Assembly: GCA_052246995.1 (NCBI GenBank)
Contig: JBQPWD010000003.1
Span: forward strand, 96,001-160,000
Direction of reading: 5' to 3'
DNA: 64,000 nt
Origin: Candidatus Bathyarchaeota archaeon
GTDB lineage: Archaea; Thermoproteota; Bathyarchaeia; Hecatellales; Hecatellaceae
In this document: in pieces, positions 37,646 through 47,399 of the stretch
Position numbering within the stretch: position 1 is the first letter of the stretch
How the letters are laid out: each line of letters opens with the position of its first letter
Position numbers and translations under genes: made by a program
Notes under the pieces: generated by a model
Told to the model about the DNA's origin: nothing
What the model saw: only the letters and a program-made list of their open reading frames with translations
Databases searched by the model: none

Positions 37646-38542
37646 TTACTCTTTTAAACTTTTATTAAGGAAGTTAAGCTCAAAGTTTAAAACATCCTTT
37701 ATTCCTTCTTTCAGGCTAATTTTTGGTTTATAACCTTCAAGTTTAATTTTTTCTATGTTTAATACATTTCTCTCGATTTCCCCTTCCTCCTTCGGAAGAT
37801 ACTCGACTTTAAAGCTTATTTTAAACTCATTCCTTAAAATTTTCACAACATCGTTTATGCTGTGCTCCACACCGGTTCCAACATTGTACGTGCCTGTTAA
37901 ACCTTTGTCAATGATAAGCTCAATAGCTGAAACAACATCTGAAACATGAGTAAAATCTCTTGTCTGATTTCCATCTCCAGTGATGTGGCAAACACCATTT
38001 CTTAAAACATCATAAATTATTCTGTTAACAGGGCCATGACGTTTACCTGGTTGAGGACCATAAACAGAAGATAAACGTATAATTGTTGACTTTTGAGGAT
38101 AAAGCATTTGAATATATTTTTCGCATGTAAGCTTAGATAGACCGTAAGGGCTGATAGGGTTTGTTGGATGATTTTCAGGTATGGGGACTGTTGAAGGCTT
38201 ACCGTATACCGCCGCTGAAGATGAAAAAATTAGGTCTGAACCGTAGCTTAAAGCTAACCTTAAAACGTTTAATGTTCCAATAATGTTTTTTGTTGCATCT
38301 TCAACAGGATCGTCAAAACTTTTCGGGATGTAAGCTTGAGCTGCGGTATGGATGATTATTGACGGTTTTAGATTTTCTACAGTCTTTTTAAGACTATCAT
38401 AATCTCTTATGTCACATACAAGAGTATCCTCATCCTTAACCACATCGATACCTAAAACCACGTTAATCTCAGGTTTTTCTCTTAATCTTTCCACAATCTT
38501 TTTACCAATAAACCCTGCACTTCCAGTAACAAGAACATTCAT
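37646..38542 (-). CDS. NAD-dependent epimerase/dehydratase (GalE-like extended SDR)
   Basis: TGSAGFIG, SSSAAVYG, YGLSK, GDGNQTRDF. Confidence 0.9.
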   Translation of the reverse strand: MNVLVTGSAGFIGKKIVERLREKPEINVVLGIDVVKDEDTLVCDIRDYDSLKKTVENLKPSIIIHTAAQAYIPKSFDDPVEDATKNIIGTLNVLRLALSYGSDLIFSSSAAVYGKPSTVPIPENHPTNPISPYGLSKLTCEKYIQMLYPQKSTIIRLSSVYGPQPGKRHGPVNRIIYDVLRNGVCHITGDGNQTRDFTHVSDVVSAIELIIDKGLTGTYNVGTGVEHSINDVVKILRNEFKISFKVEYLPKEEGEIERNVLNIEKIKLEGYKPKISLKEGIKDVLNFELNFLNKSLKE

Positions 38543-38789
38543 AATGTTTCCCTTCTCAAGGTAATAACAATAAATAGCTTTAAAAAGTTTTTAGTTTTGC
38601 ATATTTTTACAAACTGGCCCGTTTTAAAAGTTTTAAGATTTTATGTTCTAAACATGGTTTTCAAATTTTTAGCTTTCCAGTAGCTTACACGTTTTCCATT
38701 TTTACTAATTTACAACTTGTCATTTTGCATTATTCCGCCGTGTTTATCTCTAAGATTTTTTACGTTTTTTAGCTTTGCTGGTTTTCCAT

Positions 38790-38984
38790 TTAACCTAAGT
38801 TTCTTATTAACCCCTTTTCTTTTAACCATTCAACTATTATACGTCTAACCAAAGCTGACCTTGAAGGTTCATGGAAAGCTTTTTTAAGCCTTTCTAGGAT
38901 ACACCATAAGCTTTCCGGTAAACTGATGGTTTTCTGCGAAATATGTTCTTTAGGGTTTTCAGGTATGCTTATAGGTCTAACCAT
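38790..38984 (-). CDS. Ribbon-helix-helix (CopG-like) DNA-binding protein
   Basis: KTISLPESLW..LERL...SRSALVRRII pattern; GGAGG SD upstream. Confidence 0.7.
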   Translation of the reverse strand: MVRPISIPENPKEHISQKTISLPESLWCILERLKKAFHEPSRSALVRRIIVEWLKEKGLIRNLG

Positions 38985-39272
38985 AAATTTTAACCTCCCA
39001 GATTGTTAAATCTTTAATTTAATCTAGTTATTCTGTGAAAGTTTCATGACCATCAAAAAACTATTCATCCTTGAGGTTTTTGAAGATTTTTGCTTTAATT
39101 TTTTAAAGAAAACGCTCTTTGCTTTTATCTTAGCTAGCTAAAAATTCTAATGGAAAATGCGATACAATTTACTATATTTTTATGTTATACATTTTTTTGT
39201 AAAAGTTTATGATAAAGTTCAAAGTTTAGCCTACTAGGATTTTAGCTAGCTACCATATTTTTTCTTTGAAGG

Positions 39273-39479
39273 CTAGTTCATGTTAACTTCGATTATAATT
39301 TTATTTTCTATCCTGTAAGCTTTAGCAGTTTTACCTATAAAATCTTCAATTTCACTCTTCATCTTAGATGAAATGTTTATAACGAGTTTTGGATACTTTC
39401 TCCATCTTCTACCTTTAAGCTTACTAAAACTACTCCAAAAACTAATTTTGCATGGATAATACTTGAAGTTTTCTTTCAT
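39273..39479 (-). CDS. Small basic hypothetical protein (possibly AbrB-like)
   Basis: 68-aa ORF with KYPKLVINI..IGKTAKAYRIENKIIIE; no firm family match. Confidence 0.4.
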   Translation of the reverse strand: MKENFKYYPCKISFWSSFSKLKGRRWRKYPKLVINISSKMKSEIEDFIGKTAKAYRIENKIIIEVNMN

Positions 39480-39605
39480 AAAAACTGCTAATAAAAATTT
39501 TGGGTATAAGCATAAGAGATTAGTGAAAGTAAATTTAAGAATGGAATGATGAGAAAAAGAGAAATTTATTGTTTTTAATTAGAATTTTATTCTAGGTGAA
39601 CGGCA

Positions 39606-41456
39606 TTACTTCCAAAGTTCTTTAGCTTGTTTCTCTAAACTCAGGCTTAAAAGCTTATTTTTTGATGGTTTACCTGTATTCCAGTCTATCTCCCTAATTT
39701 TATAATACTTTTTGAGCATCTCATCGATGTTTGGGGAATATTCTAAGGTTGCACCATCTTTAAGTGGTTTAGTTAAACGGCTTGGCAGTTTTTCATCCCC
39801 TCTTCTCATTCCAAGCTTGATGTTTATGCATCTTTTAAGGTTGTATATTCTCTCACCAGTCATGTTTAACTCTAAAGGAGTTAACTGTAAACCTGTAACA
39901 GCGTTATAAAGATTTGTAATTGTTGTTAAAGAAAATGGTGAAAATTTACACAAAATTAGTGAATCAAAAACTTCTCTAACATTCTGAAACCTAATCATCA
40001 TACCAATTTTTCTTTCAGATTCATCAAATCTATCAGATGGAAATATCTCTAACTCTGGTAGACTTGTTGTAGTGACGTCAATAAGGAAATAATCTGGTCT
40101 TAAATGGCATCCACCCCTACTTCCAGTAACATAAGATAAAGCTTGCATTGAGAAGGCTCTAGGTTCATGCATTGGAACTTCAAGCCCCTTAACATGACAT
40201 AACTCCTCTTGACTTACACCAAGCTTTAAACCGACATTCTTGACTCCCTCAGCTAAAAGACTACCTACACCAATTCTTTTAGCAATTTTCTCAACTAAAC
40301 TTATAATCTTCCCAGAATCGCCGTAATCAATTCCCCCATTAAGCTCGTTACTTGTTAAAAAACCCTCCTTGTAAAGGTAGATTGAAAACGCCAAGACAAC
40401 ACCAGTTGATATTATATCAAGCCCGTAAACATTACATAGATGATAATTTTTAATAATGTCATCTAGGTTAAAAATTCCACAAAGAGGTCCAAGGGAAATT
40501 AACGCTTCATACCCTACAGTATCAACGTAATCTATCCCATTCTTGCCATAAAGAATTTTTTTACCACATCTTATAGGACAACCTATGCAAGGTTCATCCT
40601 TAACATAATAATTTAACTTTAAAGTTCTACCAGAAACCTTAACCATAGGAAAAACTGTTGAACTAAAGTAGTAGGCAGGAGTATCCCCAAAACCGTAACC
40701 AACAGAAACATATCCTGCAGGACTATACTCCTTAATTATGTGAATAAACGGGTTTAACCTAACTTCATTTAAAGCTAAATCTACAACTTCTCTTAAATTA
40801 TCAATTTTAGCTACTTCTGGTCTTTTATTACCATAAACAGCAACAGCTTTAAGTTTTTTAGAACCCATAACAGCACCTAAACCACATCTACCAGCAGCCC
40901 TACCACTATCATTTAACACACAAGCATACTTTACAAGGTTTTCACCTGCAGGGCCAATACATGCAACATAAACTTTTCTTCCCGTCTCCTTTTTGATTAC
41001 ATTCATAGTTTCATATGTTGAAATACCCCAAAGGTGAGAAGCATCTCTAAACTCAACTCCATCCTCTCCAACCAAAAGATAACAAGGTCTCTCTGATGAA
41101 CCAGTAATTAAAATACCATCATAACCCGTCTGTTTTAAGAAGACAGGAAAGTATCCTCCAGAAGTTGATTCACCCCATAAACTTGTTAAGGGAGACTTTC
41201 CTGCTAATGCGTATCTGCTTGAGAGAGGAACAATTGTACCTGTAAACGGGCCTGTTATAAAAAGTAGAGGGGCTTCCGGGGATAGAGGGTTTAAGTCTAA
41301 AGTTAGGTAATCATAAAGTATTGAGGTTGCAAGTCCCGTCCCACCAACAAAACTTTTAACTTCACCATCTTTAACCTCAACTTCAGAGAAACTCTTCCTT
41401 GATAAGTTAACCTGTAAAATTTTTCCATGAAAACCTCCAACAACCATCACTACCAC
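39606..41456 (-). CDS. aor: Tungsten-dependent aldehyde:ferredoxin oxidoreductase family
   Basis: KSPLT, CIGPAGENLV, AAGRCGLGAVMGSKKLKA, CIGCPIRC, GLD, RGGCH. Confidence 0.92.
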   Translation of the reverse strand: MVVMVVGGFHGKILQVNLSRKSFSEVEVKDGEVKSFVGGTGLATSILYDYLTLDLNPLSPEAPLLFITGPFTGTIVPLSSRYALAGKSPLTSLWGESTSGGYFPVFLKQTGYDGILITGSSERPCYLLVGEDGVEFRDASHLWGISTYETMNVIKKETGRKVYVACIGPAGENLVKYACVLNDSGRAAGRCGLGAVMGSKKLKAVAVYGNKRPEVAKIDNLREVVDLALNEVRLNPFIHIIKEYSPAGYVSVGYGFGDTPAYYFSSTVFPMVKVSGRTLKLNYYVKDEPCIGCPIRCGKKILYGKNGIDYVDTVGYEALISLGPLCGIFNLDDIIKNYHLCNVYGLDIISTGVVLAFSIYLYKEGFLTSNELNGGIDYGDSGKIISLVEKIAKRIGVGSLLAEGVKNVGLKLGVSQEELCHVKGLEVPMHEPRAFSMQALSYVTGSRGGCHLRPDYFLIDVTTTSLPELEIFPSDRFDESERKIGMMIRFQNVREVFDSLILCKFSPFSLTTITNLYNAVTGLQLTPLELNMTGERIYNLKRCINIKLGMRRGDEKLPSRLTKPLKDGATLEYSPNIDEMLKKYYKIREIDWNTGKPSKNKLLSLSLEKQAKELWK

Positions 41457-42709
41457 CTTACCCTCCTGCCATGGTAAGCATCTAAGAAAAGTTTTTTAGC
41501 GTCATCAATGCTTAGAGGTCTTGGAGAAAAAACAGTTGTAACGTCTTCTACAGCATATCTTGATAAAACCTCAAGTTTGTTTAAAAATTCTTTTTCATCG
41601 ACCTTTAAATCTGAAAGTTTGGTTGGAGCATCAATTTTCCTATAAAAATCTAGAAAAAGGTTTTCAAGTTTAACTAAAAAATCTTCATCATTTAAAGCCT
41701 CAATGTTAAGCTCCCTTGCAAGCTCAACACATCTGTCAGTAGTTTTAGAGTAGTACCCTACCATGTATGGAATAAATACCCCAACAGAGAAGCCGTGATG
41801 AATACCAAAAATTTTTCCAAAAGGATGTCCTAAAGCATGAGTTAAACTTGCACCTCCATTACTAAAAGCAATTCCAGCTATGGTTGCAGCCTTATGAACT
41901 TTAAATCTGGCCTCCTTATTATCAGGGTGTTCTAAAACTTTAGGTAACCATTCAAAAACAAGTTTAATGGCCTTAACCGCAAAAACTTCAGTAAACTCTG
42001 ATGCTGCTGGAGATATATATGAGTCAAAAGCATGGGCAAGAGCATCCAAGGCTGTGCCAATAGTTAGATTTCTAGGTAAATTTATAACCATATCCGGGTC
42101 TAAAACAGAAAAATCTGGTACCACCTCCGGATGCACAACTTCAGCTTTAAGCGGAGGCTTAAAACTGTTATCCGTAATAACAATTGCTGCTGTTGAATCT
42201 GAGCCTGTACCACTTGTGGTTGGGATAGCTAAAAGTAAAGCTTTTCTTCTCAGTAAAAGTGGAATAAATGGATTTACTTCTTTTAAGTTTATTTCAGGCC
42301 TCTCATAAAGTATCCACGCGGCTTTGGCAGTATCAATATGAGAACCACCTCCAACTGCAACTATAAGATCCGGTTGGAAATTTAACATTTCTTTAGCACA
42401 TTCAAAAATTTTTTCAAGAGGGTTTTCAAGCTCAACTTTATCCCAAACGTAAACCTGAAAACCATTAAGCTTTAAGATAGATTCAACTTTAAAGGTAAGA
42501 TGTTTAATGGTTTTATCTGTAACAATAAAAGCTTTTTTTCTTTCAAACATAGCTGAAGTTACTGTAATTAGAAAGTTTAAGCCAAAGGACCCCGTAAAAA
42601 TCCTTGGACAAATAAAAAGGCTTACAACTCCGGCAGCATCATAAGAAAAAGCTGCTTGGAAAAAGTATCTACCTTCAGGTTTATATAAACTCCATTTATC
42701 GGTTGACAT
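41450..42709 (-). CDS. Iron-containing alcohol dehydrogenase
   Basis: GGGSHID.AK, PTTSGTGS, DALAH, HALGH..HHG. Confidence 0.9.
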   Translation of the reverse strand: MSTDKWSLYKPEGRYFFQAAFSYDAAGVVSLFICPRIFTGSFGLNFLITVTSAMFERKKAFIVTDKTIKHLTFKVESILKLNGFQVYVWDKVELENPLEKIFECAKEMLNFQPDLIVAVGGGSHIDTAKAAWILYERPEINLKEVNPFIPLLLRRKALLLAIPTTSGTGSDSTAAIVITDNSFKPPLKAEVVHPEVVPDFSVLDPDMVINLPRNLTIGTALDALAHAFDSYISPAASEFTEVFAVKAIKLVFEWLPKVLEHPDNKEARFKVHKAATIAGIAFSNGGASLTHALGHPFGKIFGIHHGFSVGVFIPYMVGYYSKTTDRCVELARELNIEALNDEDFLVKLENLFLDFYRKIDAPTKLSDLKVDEKEFLNKLEVLSRYAVEDVTTVFSPRPLSIDDAKKLFLDAYHGRRVRW

Positions 42710-42908
42710 TGTTATCTCAGGTTTACCTTGAAAACTTTAAGTTTAAAAACTTTACCTAAGAGATTTTATAAAAACTTTAAAACTGCGGGTAGATAAACAC
42801 CTTCTTTTTAAACGCTTTAACAATTAAACCTAATTTTAAGGTAAAGGTGAATGTAGATTGTTTAAACGCCAATTTTATCTGTTTTTCACGTAAATTTAAT
42901 TTAGGAGG

Positions 42909-44018
42909 TTAAAAAAGTGCAGAAATTTCTTTTCCTCTATCCGCTAGTAATTCTTTAATATATGTTTTATGGTCTGGGACTTCAGGAGTTTTATCCCTTT
43001 TTACAAGTTTAATAGCTTCCATTGGACATGTGGGCACACAAACACCACAACCAAGGCATCTCTCAACATTAACGTTTGCTGGCGTTTTATTAACTTTAAC
43101 TTTTACCGCCTTCATTGGACAACGAAGCATACAGATTCCGCATGCTATACATTTTGAAGTGTCAACTTCTGCATAATAACTTGAATAAGCTATTGCGTTA
43201 GGATAGCCTGTCTCATAAATTGCCCTAAAAAAGGCACAGCAATCATTACAACAGTTGCATATTGTGCTTATTGGCCCCCTACTTCTCTCAGTTGTATGAA
43301 CAAGCCCCTCCCTGTTGGCTTTTTTAAGAATTTCAACCGCTTCATCAGCACTTATCTTTCTTGCGTATCCATGTTCAACCATATATTCTGCTAGGGAGCC
43401 AAAGTGGAGACAGTTTTCAAGAGAGTGGCGACATCCTTCTCCAGTCATTTTTGCCATTATTCTACAAGGACAGTAGCCAACCGCATGGTAATCTCTTTCT
43501 TTTACAAGTTTCACAGCATCCTCATACGGTAAAACCTCAGATTTTTCAGATATTGTACCTCTTTCAGGTAATGCTCTAAGAATCGCCTTCTTTCTATTTC
43601 CTAATTCATCAAGAAAACCCTCTTTCCTATACCTTTGCCATAGTGGCGCTAACTTTTTTTGTCTTGGATCTTTTTCAGGTCCAGGCAAAAAAGGCATTTC
43701 CGCAAAACCTACAATCACAGGGAAGAGGTGATAGTAGATTTCACCATTTTTCTTTCCCTTCCACACTGTTCCCTTTTTTGCCATTTCATCAAGAACTTTT
43801 TTTACATAGTCAAGTTTTTTCCCAGTTTTTTCAGCTAACATTTCAGCTGTAAACCTAACAAATGGCATGTGAATTGCTATTTTTGCCTCCTCTTCATCAA
43901 ACAAAACTTTTAATATTTCCCTTTCAACTCCACTTACGGTTTTAGGAAATCCTACAGGAGCTTTGTTAAGTTTTTCTCTTAACTTCTCGTAAACCTCTAA
44001 ATGATGTGAGGTATGCAT
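42909..44018 (-). CDS. Multi-cluster Fe-S protein with a C-terminal 2[4Fe-4S] ferredoxin domain
   Basis: CPCR..C..C, ICNCCNDCC, CIACGICMLRCP, CLGCGVCVPTCP. Confidence 0.82.
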   Translation of the reverse strand: MHTSHHLEVYEKLREKLNKAPVGFPKTVSGVEREILKVLFDEEEAKIAIHMPFVRFTAEMLAEKTGKKLDYVKKVLDEMAKKGTVWKGKKNGEIYYHLFPVIVGFAEMPFLPGPEKDPRQKKLAPLWQRYRKEGFLDELGNRKKAILRALPERGTISEKSEVLPYEDAVKLVKERDYHAVGYCPCRIMAKMTGEGCRHSLENCLHFGSLAEYMVEHGYARKISADEAVEILKKANREGLVHTTERSRGPISTICNCCNDCCAFFRAIYETGYPNAIAYSSYYAEVDTSKCIACGICMLRCPMKAVKVKVNKTPANVNVERCLGCGVCVPTCPMEAIKLVKRDKTPEVPDHKTYIKELLADRGKEISALF

Positions 44019-44110
44019 TCTTTACACCTTCTTTTACTTTAAATACTATGTTTTTTATTTAAAAATACAATACAGAGTAAGTTACTTACCCCTTAAAAAG
44101 GTTAGTTAAG

Positions 44111-44971
44111 TTATTTTTTTCCTAAAATTTTTTCAACTTCATTTACTATTTTCGGTAAAATTTCGCCACATCTACCTTCAATAATGTAATCCGACACTAC
44201 CCCTGTTAACGGTGTAGGTTCAGCATTAATCTCAATAACTTTTGCTCCACGCTCAAAATCGCCTCTCCTAATTATCTCACTAAGACTAAAAAACATAGAA
44301 GGCCATACAGAAAAGTTTAAGCGGGTTTTTGCAATTAAAGGTAATCCTGCTGCAGGGTAAACTACAGCTGATGTTCCCGCAACAATCATCAAATCACAAG
44401 TTTTAGCCTCCTCCTCAGCTTTAATAAGAGCATCAACAGGTATTGGTTCCTCAAAAAATACACAGTCAGGTTTAAGTATAGAATTACATAATTGGCATCT
44501 TGGTGGGATTTCTCCACCTCTAACCTTTTTTTCAACCTCCGCTAAAGGATATTTTACATTACACCCAATACATTTAGCCCATTTAAGGTTTCCATGAAAC
44601 TCTATAACATTTTTACTGCCAGCTTCCTGGTGTAACCCGTCAACATTTTGAGTTATAACACATCTCAATAAACCTAGTTCTTCAAGCTTAGCTAGAGCAT
44701 AATGAGCAGGATTAGGCTTAGGTATAAAGTTAAATATTTCACTATTAAGCCTAACCATTACCTCCCAAACTTCGTCAGGATTTCTAAGAAACCTGCTGTA
44801 AGTAAAAAGGCTTGGATCATATTTTTTCCAGATACCGTGAGGTCCTCTAAAATCTGGAATACCGCTTTCAGTTGAAATTCCCGCACCTGTCAATGCAACA
44901 CTTTTCCTAGAGGAAACAATATCTTCCGCAGCTTTTTTAATCAAATCTTCCTTACTCATATATAATTTCAC
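44111..44971 (-). CDS. cobB: NAD-dependent protein deacylase (Sir2/CobB)
   Basis: GAGISTESGIPDFRG, TQNVDGLH, HG, Zn CxxC pairs, GTS..VYPAA. Confidence 0.93.
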   Translation of the reverse strand: MKLYMSKEDLIKKAAEDIVSSRKSVALTGAGISTESGIPDFRGPHGIWKKYDPSLFTYSRFLRNPDEVWEVMVRLNSEIFNFIPKPNPAHYALAKLEELGLLRCVITQNVDGLHQEAGSKNVIEFHGNLKWAKCIGCNVKYPLAEVEKKVRGGEIPPRCQLCNSILKPDCVFFEEPIPVDALIKAEEEAKTCDLMIVAGTSAVVYPAAGLPLIAKTRLNFSVWPSMFFSLSEIIRRGDFERGAKVIEINAEPTPLTGVVSDYIIEGRCGEILPKIVNEVEKILGKK

Positions 44972-45031
44972 TAAAGATGGGCTATTTTTATATGAATCAA
45001 TAAATTATTATGCATCCATAAGATTTAAATT

Positions 45032-45568
45032 TTAAAACTCGTAACCCAAAGCACTAATCACGTCTTTATGAAGATTTTTTAACCTTCCAATCGCAGGATG
45101 ATTTTTTCCTAACTTTCTTTCAAATTCTTTAACACAATCATTAAACTCCACAACTCTACCATTTTTAACTCTTTTGTCAGCATAGGCGACAATCTTCTCT
45201 TCAATAGTTTCCAGCAGAAAACTTTTCCTAGGTAAACCATACTTTACAGTTTCCTCTTCAGGTATACCCGCACCCACATGCCTCTCTATAATGTTTACTA
45301 GGGAGCTAGGAAGGTTAAGTTTCCTAGCAATTTCTCCTCCAGCATAACCGTGCAAAATTGAACGTGTTTTAATTTTTCCAATATCGTGTAAGAGTGCTCC
45401 AACTTCAACAAGCTTTACATCAACATTGATTAAACCTCTTTCCACAATCTTTTTGGCTATTTCTACGGCTAAATCTGCAACAAGCTTTGAATGTTTTACA
45501 AGATTTTCTGGACAACCCATATTTTTAAGAATCTTTTCAGCTTCAACCCTAGATGGTAGATCATTCAT
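45032..45568 (-). CDS. HD-domain (HDIG) phosphohydrolase
   Basis: LLHDIGK, ERHVGAGI, EEKIVAYADK. Confidence 0.9.
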   Translation of the reverse strand: MNDLPSRVEAEKILKNMGCPENLVKHSKLVADLAVEIAKKIVERGLINVDVKLVEVGALLHDIGKIKTRSILHGYAGGEIARKLNLPSSLVNIIERHVGAGIPEEETVKYGLPRKSFLLETIEEKIVAYADKRVKNGRVVEFNDCVKEFERKLGKNHPAIGRLKNLHKDVISALGYEF

Positions 45569-46070
45569 GCTCTAATTCTTCCTCTAACTCTCTAACCTTT
45601 TTTTCTAAAGCTTCTACAATCTTTAAATTATCAAAATGTTTTAGGGAAGTTGAACAGGTTGGACATTTAAAAATGTTTTCCATAGCTTCTTCAAAAGTAA
45701 ACCTTCCATGGCCACTTTCACAGTAAAAGAAATCATGAGTTTTTTCAATTTCAAGTCTAGCTTTAAGTTTTTCAAGTGTTCTTTTCTTTTGAGTTCTTAT
45801 TAAACTTTTAAGCTGATCTTTTTGAAGAACCCAGTAAAACGTCATCCACCCGGTGTTCTTATCTTGAACTGTTTCTGATGAAACTATGGAAAAATTATGG
45901 AGTTTGAAAAGGATTTTTCTTACTTCTGTTAACTTAACTCCTGTGGATTTTACAAGCTCCTCCTCAGTAATTTTTTCCCTTTTTTTAAGTTCATTAACAA
46001 TTTTTACCGCAGCCTCGCCACCAATTTTCTCAACAACCTTGTCAAGCAGCACAGTCTCTTTTTTATCCAA
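45561..46070 (-). CDS. tfe: Transcription factor E (alpha)
   Basis: Winged helix EVRKILFKL, GW..FYW, Zn ribbon C..H..FTFEEAME..FKCPTC. Confidence 0.92.
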   Translation of the reverse strand: MDKKETVLLDKVVEKIGGEAAVKIVNELKKREKITEEELVKSTGVKLTEVRKILFKLHNFSIVSSETVQDKNTGWMTFYWVLQKDQLKSLIRTQKKRTLEKLKARLEIEKTHDFFYCESGHGRFTFEEAMENIFKCPTCSTSLKHFDNLKIVEALEKKVRELEEELEHE

Positions 46071-46241
46071 TGTTCATCAGCCTTAGATTTTTTAGGCTTC
46101 TTCTGTAATAATCAATAATGATTTATTTATTGGGTGATTTAAAGTTTAAAAGTTTTTATTCAAAAAGCTAATTTGTTAACCTTTGAAGCTACTAAGAAAG
46201 GTTTAAGGGTCAGCTTTACCCTTTCTTTTTTGTGCTGAAAA

Positions 46242-46580
46242 ATGGAGAAGCATAAAACCGATTACATAACTATTGAGGAATTTAATAGGGTAGACTTAAG
46301 AGTTGGTAAAGTTATAAAAGCTTCAAAGATTAAAGATTCAACAAAGCTAATTTTACTTGAGGTTGACATTGGTGGTGAAGTTAGACAACTTGTTGCAGGC
46401 TTGGCAGAATACTACCCTCCAGAATATTTTCTTGGTAAAAATGTTGTTGTGGTTGTAAATCTTGCACCAAAAAAGATTCGTGGAATTGAATCCCGAGGGA
46501 TGATATTAGCAGCAGTAAACGACAAACCTTATCTTGTAACGGTTGAGGAAGGCGCTCCTCCAGGCTTAAAGATAACTTAA
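46242..46580 (+). CDS. Stand-alone tRNA-binding domain (Trbp111/MetRS C-terminal-like)
   Basis: VDLRVGKV, RQLVAGL, NLAPKKIRGIESRGMIL. Confidence 0.9.
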   Translation: MEKHKTDYITIEEFNRVDLRVGKVIKASKIKDSTKLILLEVDIGGEVRQLVAGLAEYYPPEYFLGKNVVVVVNLAPKKIRGIESRGMILAAVNDKPYLVTVEEGAPPGLKIT

Positions 46581-46856
46581 AAACTAATTTTTATTTCGCT
46601 TTTACCTTACCTAAATTATTTTTACAATCAAATTTGATAAGAAAGCCTAGGTTTTAACCCTTGGAACGGGTGGTTGGTAAGTTTAAATGTTAAAGGCTGT
46701 TTTCCTTTTGAGCCTATCATTCATTGGCATGCTTACATGGATTGTGGGTTGTACGCTCATGGCAGGGGTTAACCTGACACAGCCAAAAACTTGGTATAAT
46801 GAAACCATAATAATTAAAATGTGAATTCCCAGCTTTAGTCATGGAGAGCGTCAAGT

Positions 46857-47399
46857 ATGAGGGTTGTAGTTTTACGCTGGGGTCATAGGCTTGAAAGGGA
46901 TAAAAGGTTAACTTCACATGTAGCTTTAGTTGCACGTGCACTTGGTGCTGATGGTATGATTTTGTCTGACGTTAAGGATGAATCCATTAAAAGAACTGTT
47001 GAAAAAGTTGTAAAATTCTGGGGCGGCCCCTTCTTTTTTGAAATGGGAACACCTTGGAGGGAAGTTGTTAAAAAATGGAGAAGTGAAGGGGGGGTTGTTG
47101 TGCATCTTACTGCTTATGGAGAAAACATTGGTTGTAGTGACGTTATGGAGAGAATTAAAACTACAGGTAAAGATATTTTAGTAATTGTTGGAAGCCAAAA
47201 AGTTCCAAGAGAATTTTTTTCTGAAGATGTTTCTGATTTTAATGTTGCTGTCGGTAACCAACCTCACTCTGAATGTGCAAGTTTAGCTGTTTTTCTTGAT
47301 AGACTTTTTGAAGGTAAAGAATTGGTAAAAGAGTTTAAAAACGCAAAACTTAAGATTAAACCAACACCTCGTGGTAAACAGATTATTAAACTTTTATAA
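46857..47399 (+). CDS. trm56: tRNA (cytidine56-2'-O)-methyltransferase
   Basis: [34 protein letters not shown]. Confidence 0.93.
   Translation: MRVVVLRWGHRLERDKRLTSHVALVARALGADGMILSDVKDESIKRTVEKVVKFWGGPFFFEMGTPWREVVKKWRSEGGVVVHLTAYGENIGCSDVMERIKTTGKDILVIVGSQKVPREFFSEDVSDFNVAVGNQPHSECASLAVFLDRLFEGKELVKEFKNAKLKIKPTPRGKQIIKLL

Noticed and set aside
39546-39600. ATGATGA as the C box of a second C/D sRNA
   Set aside because: No D box (CTGA) at suitable spacing and no terminal stem.
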